Positions 1 to 11,400 of a stretch of DNA of 64,000 nt are shown here, in pieces; the first letter of the stretch is position 1, and each line of letters starts with the position of its first letter. The notes below the pieces were generated by a model. That model made no database searches. It was given only the letters and a program-made list of their open reading frames with translations, and was not told where the DNA came from. The translations under genes were made by a program, and so were the position numbers. Origin of the DNA: Ostreococcus lucimarinus (lineage: Eukaryota); NCBI GenBank assembly GCA_000092065.1, contig CP000601.1. One strand, 5' to 3'.

Positions 1-1990
1 ACAAAATCGCCGGCGGATCGAGCGACGCCGCGGCGGCGTCGCGCGCCAATCGCACGACGACGAAGCCTGGGGACAGGAGTGCGGGCGTCGGACAGTGCAC
101 TGAGGGTGCGACGTACGTACCGACAGTGGCATTTAAATTTCCTGAACCGAACACGCACTTCAAAGTTCCCACGGACAACGTCCCGAGCTGTTGATGATCC
201 CCGACGATTATTTTCGCCGTCGCCGCAGCGAGGTATGTCGTCGCCGGCGTCAACCACAACGGCGGCGCGACGTACGCCGACGTCGTCTCCGCGGTGACTG
301 GAATAGTCAACCCGTACTGTACTAAATCTACCGACTCCGTCGCCCCGAACCCGAGCATGAGCGCGCTCTGCGACGGCTTCAACGCCGGTGTCACACATTC
401 GGCAACTGTCCCGCTCATATATCGCGCGTGCACGGGACCGACGGCACCGAAATGACATCCCGAATACGCTCGACTCTCGCCTTCGTCGGGATACGACGTC
501 CCAGTGACTTGTAACGCCACGCCACCCTGATGCGTGATCGTCAGCACGTCCACGCTCGTGATCGTTGGCACCGCCACGGGGGCGACGTACACGGAGCGAA
601 CCACCGCGTTCGCGTCGGCGCTACAGCTAATTTTCACCTCTCCCGATGTCCAAGTCGGGGTGTCCAAACACCGCGCGATAGCGCTAGATACGTACACCAA
701 TCGTGAAGTCGAGGCATCGGGATAGGTGCACACGCAACCGTCATCATAATCGAAAGAAAAACCTGAACCTCTAACGAAGAAATTGCCGCCGAGGACGACG
801 TCAAACGGCGTCGCGCCGCTCGCGACGTCTAGCGTCGGATTCATCACCACCAAGCTCTGTGCCTCTTCCGCGGGCTCAAGTGGGTCGGTTGTCTGTCGCG
901 TTGTTTCGGTAAACGCCACGTTCACGGTCGTCGTGAGTACGAAGCGACCGTTGCCGATGCCCAAGCGCAACGGCACGCTCGCCGCCGCCGCGCGCGCGGG
1001 CGAGTAGCACGTCGCCGTCTTCGACGCCGTCACGCGCGCGTCGATGGGGCCTATCGTGCCAAAGAAGCAACTCAAAAAGTCTCCGTCGTCCTCCCCGCCG
1101 ACGGTGCTAAAACCGTTCCCCGTGACCAACACGGGCGTGCCGCCCGTGACGTTGACGCTCGACGTGGCGCTCGTGAGCGAAAAGTCATTCGTCTCCAACA
1201 CAAATCCCAACACTCCGCGCGATCGCGGAGGTATGGAAACCGTCTGATTCGCCGTCGTCGCCGCGAGCGCATTCGCGTCGTACTCGCTCTGCGACGCCGT
1301 GAACGTCGCGATCACCATGGACGAAATCTCCCCGCTCGTCAGCGGCGGCGTCTCGCATCGAATCAACGCGCTCGACACCACGTCCACCCCCACGTGCGTC
1401 ACCGGCTTCGTCCATCGCACGCTCACCGCCTCGTGCAAGTGCTTCCCTTGCAAATAAAACACCTCTCCCCCGATCTCCGGCGCGTCCGTCGGGTACGCGT
1501 TCGTCACCGACATCTGTTTCGCGAAATTAAACGTCTCGCCGTTTTCATTCATCGGCGCCGTCGTCGCCGCTCGGTTCGCCCTTCGCAGCGTCAGCCCCAC
1601 GCTCACGAACCCTCCTCGATCGTCCGCGTGCCTCGGGCTCAGGCACACCATCGTCGCGTGCCCGCTCTGCGTCCCCTTCGACGTCGGCGCGACGACGGCG
1701 TCGTCGAACGCGCACGCCGCGTCCGCGCTCCCGCCGTACCCCTCGCCCGCGAGCGTCACCAGCGTCCCGCCCACCGCCGGCCCGACCTCGGGCGTCACGC
1801 AGTCGATCGACATCGACGCCCCCGGGCGCAGCGCGACGACGCACGACCACGACGCCGCGATCAGCGCGCGCGCGAGCGCCGTCGCCGCGACGCCGCGACG
1901 CCGCTTCGCTCGACTCGACCGCGGCATCTTCTTCAACGTTTCGCGCCTCGCGCGCGCGATCGGCGCTCGCGCGCGCGACTCGGACGCCAT
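1..1990 (-). CDS. Secreted or cell-surface protein with repeated IPT/TIG-like domains, partial (3' end lies beyond the window edge)
   Basis: The minus-strand frame is open from the ATG (reverse complement of 1988-1990) to position 1. The ORF track omits it because it has no in-window stop. G/C third positions dominate. The protein begins MASESRARAPIA..MPRSS..VAATALARALIAASWSCVVA, which is signal-peptide-like. It then shows at least five GGT-x-V/L-x-V/L-x-G-x-G/F beta-sandwich motifs typical of IPT/TIG repeats, e.g. VTPEVGPAVGGTLVTLAGEGY, VTGGTPVLVTGNGFS, ASGATPFDVVLGGNFF. The plus-strand ORFs at 79-297, 534-725, 783-1007 and 1394-2215 are antisense or frame artefacts. Confidence 0.6.
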   Translation of the reverse strand, partial: MASESRARAPIARARRETLKKMPRSSRAKRRRGVAATALARALIAASWSCVVALRPGASMSIDCVTPEVGPAVGGTLVTLAGEGYGGSADAACAFDDAVVAPTSKGTQSGHATMVCLSPRHADDRGGFVSVGLTLRRANRAATTAPMNENGETFNFAKQMSVTNAYPTDAPEIGGEVFYLQGKHLHEAVSVRWTKPVTHVGVDVVSSALIRCETPPLTSGEISSMVIATFTASQSEYDANALAATTANQTVSIPPRSRGVLGFVLETNDFSLTSATSSVNVTGGTPVLVTGNGFSTVGGEDDGDFLSCFFGTIGPIDARVTASKTATCYSPARAAAASVPLRLGIGNGRFVLTTTVNVAFTETTRQTTDPLEPAEEAQSLVVMNPTLDVASGATPFDVVLGGNFFVRGSGFSFDYDDGCVCTYPDASTSRLVYVSSAIARCLDTPTWTSGEVKISCSADANAVVRSVYVAPVAVPTITSVDVLTITHQGGVALQVTGTSYPDEGESRAYSGCHFGAVGPVHARYMSGTVAECVTPALKPSQSALMLGFGATESVDLVQYGLTIPVTAETTSAYVAPPLWLTPATTYLAAATAKIIVGDHQQLGTLSVGTLKCVFGSGNLNATVGTYVAPSVHCPTPALLSPGFVVVRLARDAAAASLDPPAIL

Positions 1991-2147
1991 CAGACGCGCA
2001 CAAAGATACGTGTGCGCGTTCGCATCGCGCGTTCGAGCGCGCGCGAGGGCGCGCGCGTCGCGGAGTCGCGAATTTGTGACGAATTTCCGTTGACTCATCG
2101 GGACGATCTGCACTCGACGACGCGACGCGACGCGCGCGCGCGGCGAC

Positions 2148-5100
2148 ATGGCGCCGTTTCTCGGTGGTATGCGCGGCCTGACGGTGTTCGTGCAAGACGT
2201 GCGGAACTGCAGTAATAAGGTGCGGCGAGCGCGCGCGCGCGAGGGATGACGACGACGGGCGAGGGCATTCGATCGAACGAAACGACGCGCGGTGACGCGT
2301 TGAGCGGCGAGAGCGCGAGAGAGAGGCGCGCGGACTGACGACGAGGGTCGCGCGCGTCGCGAACGCGAACGCAGGAGCAAGAGCGCGCGCGCGTGGAGAA
2401 GGAACTGGCGAATATTCGACGGAAATTCAATAAGACCCACCGCGCGCTCACGGCGTACGAACGGAAAAAGTACGTGCTGAAGCTGCTGTACATATACATG
2501 CTCGGGTATAACGTGGACTTTGGACACACCGAGGCGCTGAAGTTGATATCGGCGTCGTCGTACGCGGAGAAACAGGTTGGGTACATGACGACGTCGGTGA
2601 TATTGAACGAGAGAAACGAGTTTTTGAGAATGGCCATCAATAGCATACGCACGGATGTGATCTCGAGCAATGAGACGAATCAGTGCTTGGGGTTGTCGTG
2701 CATCGCGAACGTCGGGGGGCGGGAGTTCGCGGATTCGTTAGCTGGGGACGTGGAGACGATTGTGATGACGCCGACGATTCGGCCGGTGGTTCGGAAAAAG
2801 GCGGCGCTGTGTCTGTTGAGGTTGTTTCGTAAGAATCCTGAAATTTTACTCGCGGAAACGTTCGCGTCAAAAATGACCGACTTACTCGACGCCGAGCGCG
2901 ATTTGGGGGTGCTCATGGGCGTCTTGGGTTTGTTGCTGGGTCTCGTGCAGCACGATTACCGAGGGTACGAGGCGTGCGTGCCCAAGGTCATCGCGTTGTT
3001 GGAACGATTGACGAGGAATAAGGACATTCCGCCCGAGTATTTGTACTACGGTATTCCCTCTCCATGGTTACAGGTGAAGTGCATGAAGATTTTGCAGTAC
3101 TTTCCCACACCAGACGATCAGGCGCTGCTCGATTCGCAGCTCATCGCCATGCGAAACATCCTCACCAAGACGGACACGGTGAAAAACTTCAATAAGAACA
3201 ATGCGCTGCACGCCATCTTGTTCGAGGCGATCAATTTAGTTACTAGCATGGACTACGCGCACGAACTGTTGGACCCGTGCGTGGAGATTCTCGGGAATTT
3301 TCTCGACATGAAGGAACCGAATATTCGCTACTTGGCTCTCAACACGCTCAACGCCCTCGCGGCGATGGCGGATTTGCGAGAAGCCATAAAGGTGTACCAA
3401 GAGCAAGTCGTGGCTGCGTTGCACGACGCGGACATTTCCATTCGTCGCCGCGCGTTGACTTTATTGTTTTCTATGTGCGATGCTTCCAACGTGCACTCTG
3501 TCATCGAGGAGCTCATCAAGTACTTCGTCACCGCTGATTTTGACATTCGCGAGGAACTGGCGCTCAAAACGGCCATCTTGGCCGAGCGCTACAGCGTGAA
3601 CGATCGCATGTGGTTCATTGAGATCGCGATGCAAATGATAGACAAGGCGGGCGATTTCATCAACGACGACTTGTGGCATCGCATGGTGCAAATCGCAACC
3701 AACGACGCGTCGCTTCACGGTCGCACGGCGCAATTGATGTTCGTCAAGTTGCGCGACGAGGGCGCGTCGAACGAACTCATGCTTCGCGCGATGTCGTACT
3801 GCATCGGAGAGTTTGGGTATTTGCTTCCCATTCCCGCGTCGCAGTACGTCGATCTCTTAGTGCCACTGTTCCAGGATACGGATGAGGTCACGCAGGGCAT
3901 CATGCTCACAGCCTTCGTCAAGGTTGCGATGCACAAGAATTGCGATCAGGCGTCGATGGGTAAGATCGTGAAGGTGTTCACCGACATGAGCTCATCGTTT
4001 GACGTCGAGTTGCAGCAACGTGCAAACGAATATCTGAAGCTCTTGCGTCTCGGACCGAACATGCGACCGATTCTCGAGCCCATGCCCGAGTACCCTGAAC
4101 GTTCGAGCGTGTTGGAGAAGCACATACAAGTAGAAAACGTCGCCTCGGACGTCGCCGCGGGAGTTCGTAAACTTGCCATGAGTGGTGTCGTGACGGCGAG
4201 AGAGCAACCCCGCGCTCAGGCGCGGTCGGCGCCGGCGCTTCCTGCAGCCGCAGCACCGCCGGTCGATGCCGTCACAGATTTGCTCGGCAACTTGATGGGC
4301 GACGGATCTTCGGCGCCGGCGGCGCTTCCGCCGTCGTCGACTGGGATGAATCTCGACGAGCTTCTCGGAAACGCCCCTCCCGCACTTCCAGCGGTAGAAG
4401 AGCGTCTCGCACTTCCGAGTTCCACGTCACCTCCCGCGGGGCCGGTGACGACCACATCGTCCGCAGACGCTTTAGACGATTTACTAGGCTTAGGCGCGCT
4501 CGCGGCGACGCAACCGCCGCCGGCGACGCACGGCGACGCCTTAGACGCCTTTGGAGCTCTGGGTGCGCCGGCGCCCGCGGCGCCGGCACCGACGCAACCC
4601 GTGGCACCGGTACAATCATTGACGTCGAGCGACGGTATTCAACCCACGGTGAACGTTCAAGACTGCGCGAAACGGTTCCTCATCGCCGACAACGGCTTGC
4701 TGTATGAAGACGCGAACGTACAGATTGGCGTGAAATCGCAGTGGCAAGGGTCTCAAGGTCGCGTGATGTTCTACGTTGGGAACAAGTCCGCGAGCGCGGA
4801 TCTGCAAAACTTCAGAATGGTCATACCGTCGATCGAAGGCTTGCGTCACAGTCTTCAACCCTTCCCCGCGTCCATCGGACCGAAGCGCCAGGTGCAGTTG
4901 ATGTTGCAAGTAGCGATTACGTCGGCGTTTGCCTCGGCGCCAAAACTCGAGTTTTCGTACACGTCCACCGCCGTCGCGGCGGCGTGTGCCAGGTCTCTGG
5001 AGTTGCCCGTACGTGTGACCAAGTTTTTGAGCCCGATGACCATCGCTTCGCCGCAAGAGTTCATCGCCAAGTGGCACCAGATGGCGTCCGCCGGGCAGCA

Positions 5101-5383
5101 ACAGAAAATTATGGACGTGTCGCAGCAGTACGCGACGAGCATCGAAAGCGTGTCAAACGCCTTCTCGGGCATGCGGCTCGTCGTACATAAAGGCTTAGAT
5201 CCAAACCCCGCAAACTTAATCGCGGGAAGCCGGTTCGTCGGCGAACGATGCGGTGAAGTCTTTGTGGGCGTTCGCGTGGAGAGCGACGCGAACGTGCGCG
5301 GACGATATAGATTCACCGTCGCTTCGATGGACGCCGTCGCGGCGGCTGCGGTCATGGATACGATCGTTACCGCACTCCAATAG
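2148..5383 (+). CDS. AP2A: AP-2 adaptor complex alpha subunit (alpha-adaptin), two exons: 2148-2219 and 2375-5383
   Basis: Exon 1 reads MAPFLGGMRGLTVFVQDVRNCSNK and ends at an AAG|GTGCGG donor. A CAG acceptor at 2372-2374 joins it in frame to EQERARVEKELANIRRKFNK.., which is colinear with alpha-adaptin N-termini (MRGLSVFISDVRNCQNKE.ER.RV.KEL.NIR). The track ORF 2393-5383 is only a GTG-started piece of exon 2. The C-terminus carries the alpha-adaptin appendage region. TAG stop at 5381-5383. Confidence 0.9.
2220..2374 (+). other. AP2A: Spliceosomal intron of the AP-2 alpha gene (155 nt, GT..AG, phase 0)
   Basis: Donor is GTGCGGCGAGC at 2220 and acceptor is ..GAACGCAG at 2374. Splicing restores the conserved ..NCSNK|EQERARVEKEL.. 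junction. Confidence 0.85.
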
Positions 5384-5469
5384 AATAGCGCGAAAGGCTT
5401 TCTTTTCTTGTCAATTCTAAGTCGTCTCGTTCACAACATTTCTATATCGTCGCTTTCTATATCGTCGCT

Positions 5470-6337
5470 TTACTCGTTCAAGTCTCGCGGCGCCCCAGCG
5501 GCTCCCTCGACAGCCGCCCCCGCGTCGCGCCGCGCGCGTCGCGCCGCACGCGTTTGCACCCCATCCGTGTCGACTAATCTCTGCCGCGTACCGAACAAAG
5601 CGCACACGATTGCGGGCGTTTTCAACGGCTCCCTCCCCGTCATCTCCGGATACACGTCCTTCAAAAAGTAATACGCGTGTCCGGCGATCATTCCTAGCGC
5701 ATCCGTGATCGGCTGCGATCCGATCAAGGTGGAAAAAATCAGCAACACCCACGGTAAATACGGCGCCGTGAAGTTGAACAACCCCAAAAACGACATCTGC
5801 GTCGCCGCGTTTCTCCGTCCCCACACGTACACCATCATAAACGTCAGGCTCGTCCCCAAAAATTGCACGTTGACGAACGGCGCGAACGCCGTCAACAGCG
5901 TCCCCCCGAACAGCAGCATGTAAAAGAAATCGCACGACCGTCCCTGAAACGACCCTTCCTCGAGCATTCGACAGTACCGGCTCAGGAAGAACATGTGAAA
6001 CACGAAGTCGACGCCGAGCGAGCCGAAGAAGAAGAAATTCGTCACCAACCGCCACAGCTCGTACTCTTGAAATATCAGCTTACTGTTGAAGTACACGTTC
6101 AGCGGCGAGATCAACTGCGTCGAGTCGCGCGCGCGCGTCGTCAGTCTCCCGCCGTTCGCGCGCGTCGCCCCCTTCGCCGCGCGAATCGAATCTTCGTCGC
6201 TCGGCGTCGAATCCAATCGAGCGCTTCCGTCGACGCACCTCGAGCGCGCAGCCCACGGTGACGGCGAACGTCAGCGTGAGGTACATGCGCGTCACCGTCG
6301 GCACGCTCGCGTACCACTCCTCGAGCGTGTTCGCCAT
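5470..6337 (-). CDS. DER1: Derlin (Der1-like ERAD protein), two exons: 6239-6337 and 5470-6114
   Basis: Exon 1 reads MANTLEEWYASVPTVTRMYLTLTFAVTVGCALE. Its donor is GAG|GTGCGT, the reverse complement of 6233-6238. Exon 2 starts after a CAG acceptor with [62 protein letters not shown]. This is colinear with derlin-2/3 ([43 protein letters not shown]..). The 248-aa track ORF carries a spurious N-terminal extension taken from the intron. Confidence 0.85.
6115..6238 (-). other. DER1: Derlin intron (124 nt, GT..AG on the minus strand)
   Basis: Donor GTGCGTCGACGG and acceptor ..GACGCAG, both on the minus strand. The intron joins CALE|LISPL, matching the derlin alignment. Confidence 0.8.
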
Positions 6338-6436
6338 CGCGCGCGTCGCGCACTGTCGCGAACCGTCGCCGTCGGGACGAGACGAGCGGGACGACGACGA
6401 CGACACTTTACGACGACGCGCGCGGCGCGACGCGCC

Positions 6437-8047
6437 ATGGGCGGCGGACGCGACAAGCGGAAGAAAGTGGCGAAGAAGCTCGGCAAGGTGAGCGCGGATA
6501 AGCGTACGGGGGCGACGAAGACGGCGCTGAAACGAGAGAAGAATGCGGAAAAAAATCACAGACGGCTGGAGAGAGGACTGGTGGAGGATGACATCGACGC
6601 TATTTTAGCCGCGATGGCGATAGAGGACGCGCGGCGCGCGGAGGTGGAGGTGGAGAAGGATTGCCCGCGACCGCAGGCGCGAGGACACGCGTCGCTGACG
6701 GCGACTGTGGTTGGGAGAGGGAATGAGTTGATTTTGTACGGCGGCGAACGCGTGACGCCGGGGGATGAAAAATGCGTCGTGTACGGTGATTTGTATCGAT
6801 ACGACGTCGACCGCGATCGATGGACGAAGGTATCGAACGCGAAAGGACCGCATCCGAGGTCGGGACATCAGGCGTTGGCGTACGGGGGGTACGTGTACGT
6901 GTTCGGGGGAGAGTTTACGTCGCCGAATCAAGAGCGGTTTTTACACCATCGCGACTGCTGGAGATTTGATTTGGAGAGTAACATTTGGGAGGCAATGCCG
7001 GCGAAGGGAGGGCCAAGCGCGCGGTCGGGGCATAGGATGGCGATTTGGGGGAAGAAGGCGATCTTATTCGGCGGGTTTTACGACACTGGACGCGAGGTTC
7101 GGTATTACAACGACGCGTGGGAGTACGATTTCGAGAAGAGCGAGTGGAAGTGTCGGTGCGCGGGGGGCGAGGGAGCGCTCGGACCGAGTCCGCGCAGCGC
7201 GTGTCACGTGGGCGTGCACGATGACGCGTTCATCGTGTACGGAGGGTATTGTAAAAACGTTGACAACGACGGCGACGCCGACGAGGATCGTAGCGAACGC
7301 GGGACGACGTTTTCAGACGCTTGGAAGTTAGATTTAAAGACGTGGCGATGGGAAAAGCTGAAGCGACAAGGATTAGCGCCGAGCGCGCGCGCAGGGGCGT
7401 CGAGTGCGATGCACGCGTTGAAGAAGCGTTTAGTGTTGTTCGGCGGCGTCGTGGATCACGAGGTCAAGCGCGGCGACGTCATCGTCTCTGAGTTCTTCAC
7501 CGACGCGTACAACTTGAACATGGAGGCCAAGAAATGGTTCCCTGTCACCTTGTACGGCGAAGATAAGACGAAAACACACAAAGCGGGGAGCTTGGAAGAG
7601 GCCGAGCGCGTCGCCGCCGGGGACGTGGTGAACGAAAACTTTAATATTCGCAGCGAGGCGCACCGGGCGGCGATTAAGATTCAAGCTCACTTTCGCGGTT
7701 ATCAAGTTCGCAAGGCGTACAAGCTATACAAGGTCGGTGGCGTCGTGAGCGAGTTGCTGTACTCACCCGGAAGTGGAGAGGCGCCGCCGAAATCCCTCCC
7801 GAAACCTCGCGGACGAATCAACGCCGCCATAGCGATCAAGGCGAATAGCATGTACTTGTTCGGCGGCGTCGTCGAGCTCGGCGACGTAGAAGTTTCCCTC
7901 GACGACGTGTGGAAACTCGATCTCGGTAATCGTCCGAAATGGACGTGCATCACACCACTCAGCGACGAAGTGTCCGCACAACTCGCCGGCGGCGGCGCGG
8001 AATCCGATTCCGATTCCGACGACGGTTCGGGCTCCGACTCGGCGTGA
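6437..8047 (+). CDS. KLHDC4: Kelch domain-containing protein 4 homolog (six Kelch repeats plus an IQ motif)
   Basis: MGGGRDKRKKVAKKLGKVSADKR.. followed by Kelch blades (GHASLTATVVG..LILYGGE; RSGHQALAYGGYVYVFGGEF; RSGHRMAIWGKKAILFGGF; ..IVYGGYCK..). An IQ motif (AAIKIQAHFRGYQVRKAYK) and an acidic tail follow. Colinear with animal/plant KLHDC4. The ATG lies only 99 bp from the derlin ATG on the opposite strand. Confidence 0.85.
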   Translation: MGGGRDKRKKVAKKLGKVSADKRTGATKTALKREKNAEKNHRRLERGLVEDDIDAILAAMAIEDARRAEVEVEKDCPRPQARGHASLTATVVGRGNELILYGGERVTPGDEKCVVYGDLYRYDVDRDRWTKVSNAKGPHPRSGHQALAYGGYVYVFGGEFTSPNQERFLHHRDCWRFDLESNIWEAMPAKGGPSARSGHRMAIWGKKAILFGGFYDTGREVRYYNDAWEYDFEKSEWKCRCAGGEGALGPSPRSACHVGVHDDAFIVYGGYCKNVDNDGDADEDRSERGTTFSDAWKLDLKTWRWEKLKRQGLAPSARAGASSAMHALKKRLVLFGGVVDHEVKRGDVIVSEFFTDAYNLNMEAKKWFPVTLYGEDKTKTHKAGSLEEAERVAAGDVVNENFNIRSEAHRAAIKIQAHFRGYQVRKAYKLYKVGGVVSELLYSPGSGEAPPKSLPKPRGRINAAIAIKANSMYLFGGVVELGDVEVSLDDVWKLDLGNRPKWTCITPLSDEVSAQLAGGGAESDSDSDDGSGSDSA

Positions 8048-8438
8048 CTGCGAATCCGACGCCCCGTCGATCGACGGCGAAACCCGTCGGCGCGCGCCGC
8101 GCGCGCGGCGCCCGCGCCAAAAGTTGTAATATCACGTTACTCAAGCACCCTCGCGAACGCAACCGCGCGCTTCCGCACCGAATCCGTCGAATGTGGTTCT
8201 CGCGAGCCAGAGGGGGAAGGAACCGCGAGGACGGGGTCCCGCGCGTCAAACACCGCCGCCTCGCATCGCCGCGAACGCACCGTAAACGCGCCACGCGCGC
8301 GTCGGGCGATAGTACGCGTCGTGTTGAAAGCTCAACCGCGCGCGCGCGCGTGGCGCGCGTCGGTGCGCGACGCTCGTCGACGTAACGACCCCGCGGCATT
8401 CCGCAAATTCGCGAAATTCGGTGCAAAACCGACGCGGA

Positions 8439-11400
8439 ATGGACACGAATTGGACGCCAGCGACGCCCGCGCGCGCGCGTGCGGACGCACGAATCGCGTC
8501 GGATAAGGTGCTGTCGACAAAGGCGTTCGAGGACGCGCGGGTGAAGGATCACCGCGACGTGGAGCGGGAACGCGGGGTGTACCTGCCGCCGAGCGCGGAA
8601 GAGGCGGCGACGCACGCGGACAGCGCGCAGCCGAGACTGCTGAGCGAGGATGGGAAATTGGAAAAACTTAAATATTTTGACTCCGAAGTAGACTTGGGAT
8701 TGGAGTTCGGGGCGGGGGTATCGGGATACTTTTTCGTGCTGCGGGCGTTCGCGTGCTTGTTCTTCGCGGCGTTCGCGTTGAATTTGCCCGCGATGTTCAT
8801 TAATTACACGAGCACGTATTACGCGTCGCATTACGAAGCGGAGCCTGAAACCGCGACAGCGCCGACGGCGGACGCGCTCAGTGGACGCCCGACGACGTCG
8901 TTTCACTCGTGGTTCGTCGATTGGCACTGGGCGAATCCGATGAGCGCGAGCTTGGGGACCGTGGCGCCTGACGATGTGCCGCAACGAGCGTGGGTGCTCG
9001 CGGGGACAACGAGTGGGGTGCTGCGGTGGAGCTCCAGTAAGATAGATTTCATTCGATTTTCGGTGGTGATGGATGTCGTGGTGTCCTTGATAATTATATT
9101 GAGCGTTCCAGTGATTATGCTTGTGTTGATGCGTACGGAGCGACGGGTCGAGAGAGGGACGGCGACGTTGAAGGATTACACGGTATTAGTTACAGGATTA
9201 CCAAGCGATGCGACCGATGAAGAAGTGCGATGCTTTTTCGCGCTCAGGTTTGGGACGGTAGCCGACGTCGTGCTCGTAAAGACGGAGTGTATGCAAATCA
9301 ACGCGCAGCGACGGCGTCGGCGCTTGTTGGAGGATTACGACGAAGCCGAAGCTGCGCTCATCGCCGCAGGTAATCGCGGAGGTGACGGCACGAAGACGGC
9401 TATAGAAAACGAGATATTGGCTGTGGATAGGAAATTGAAGCGCAGAAGAGCGCGAACGCGGGCGAAACAGTGTAGTGCTTTCATCACGTTTGAAACCGAA
9501 GGCTCAAAGATTGATTGTATATTGCGCAACACGCGCAGTATAATGTCGTACATCTTTGCGTTTCCTAGGAAAGAGCGTTTCCGAGGAAAGCGGAAGTACA
9601 GAGTGCGAGATGCTCCCGAACCTGAGGACGTACGATTCGAGAATCTGAATCTCTCGAATCGCTCATGGCGTCGACTCGTCGTGCTATTCTCGTGCTCGGC
9701 CGTCGTGCTCTTGTGTTACGGCTTTTTGAAGATGCTCGTGGATGACAAGGAGAAGCTGTGGGAGAACGCAGACATGATGGTCACTACGCTTGCGGACGAT
9801 GTTGGCATTGTCGTCGCCCACGGTAATCCGGTTGAGCAATTCGAGACGCATAAGAATCAGTTCAGGACAGCATGCAGAGCTCGCTTGGACCAATGCGGCG
9901 TGGCTTTTTCCAAGGACAAAACGTACGTTGGCATGCCTTGGGGGGCGCCAATTTACGCTTTCTACGACTACCCCAACGCCACACTCTTAGATCGTCGTTA
10001 CGCTCAGCAGGATGCGGTTCGTGATTTGACGAATTGCGCCCAAGACACCAACCGTTGTCCGGGAGGTCCGACGATGCAAAACTGTCACGCGTGCTACTGC
10101 GCCAGTCTGAAGTACGGCTTAACTTCGGAGGTTGTTCGGGCATACAACAAAGCCATTCGCCACTCGTGCGCGAAATACGTGAACCTCGGTCCAGGAGAGT
10201 ATTACAACTGGTTGTGGGTGTCGTTTTGCATTACGCTCATGAACGTCCTCCTCGAATGGATTGTGCCCCTCCTCGTCGCCGCAGAACGTTTGCGCACGCG
10301 CAGTGCCACGAAGGTGCTCAAGACGAAAATAATCTTCTGGGTGCGATATTTGAACGTCGCGGTTATTTATGGCTTGCTCAACGCCAATTTCTATCACATT
10401 GGCAGGTATTTCCCGCTCATCAAGCAAATGTTTGGGCTCAAAGGCGAGTACGCAGATTTCACGAGCGAATGGTTCAACGACGTCGGCTTGGTGTTGTTTT
10501 TCGCAATCATGATGAGCGTGACGATACGTATTTTGGCTCGAGTACTTGTAGACATCATCACGCATGTCGGTCGAAAATTCTCCGTGGCGTACTGTCACAC
10601 GCAAGCAAAGCTGAACAAGGCGTTTGAAGGGCCATCGTTTGACACCGGCGCCAAGTGCGGCGACGTTTGCTTTACGATTATGGCGGCGATGACCTTTTCG
10701 AGCGGTATGCCGCTGATATACTTGGTTTTGTCGATGTACTTCGTGTTGGTGTACCTGTACGATTACCGCCTCCTGTTGAAAGTGTGCAAGTTGCCCGAAA
10801 GATCGAAGAGCACGCTTCCCATGACGGCGGCGAAGGTGCTTTTCATCTCAGTCTCGATTCACGCTCTCATCGGTCTTTGGATGTTCTCGTACCACTGGAC
10901 ACCTGATTTGGCGAAACCGACGAAAGACTTTGAACATTCGAGTAAGAACAATGCTCCTCCGCTTGCGTATGAGATTGGGGGTGAAATATTAAACCCGCCG
11001 CACGACAACGGCGCGCTCACGGCCATCGTGCAAAGCACCGGCGTCGCGACGACGTACTTTCATCAGTATCGCGACGCGACAGTCGGGGCGTTGTCGGCGG
11101 GAGATTTCGTCGCTCCACCGCCACGCGTACAGCTGCGTTTCGCAGAACGACCGTTCAGCGAAGCGGGGATGCCGTTCATGGGTATGTTCTTCGCCCTTTT
11201 GGGCGTCATGGGTTTGTGGCAAATCGCAGTCGCGTGGCATAACTGGGGCAAGTCGCGTCGAGACATCGCGCGCTCGTGGAAAAACTTACCTCAGTATCAC
11301 GAAGCCATCATGACCGGGTTAATCGTCGGTTCGGAGACGTACCGTCCCGAATATCAGCCCGATTACGCGTTCTTGTTCGACAAGAGCACTGTCGCGGCGG

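Noticed and set aside
1394-2215. 273-aa plus-strand ORF (R/H/P-rich) and the overlapping 216-aa minus ORF 1545-2195
   Set aside because: Both are alternative frames of the real minus-strand IPT/TIG gene or of its GC-rich upstream region. They are low-complexity Arg/Ala/Pro runs with no coding periodicity. Only the last 72 nt (2148-2219) of the plus ORF are real, as AP2A exon 1.
5417-6055. 212-aa minus ORF overlapping derlin exon 2 in another frame
   Set aside because: Out-of-frame shadow ORF. The derlin frame has the conserved motifs.
7959-8984. 341-aa minus-strand ORF overlapping the KLHDC4 3' end and OSCA 5' end
   Set aside because: Arg-rich GC-frame artefact antisense to two well-supported genes, with no motif content.
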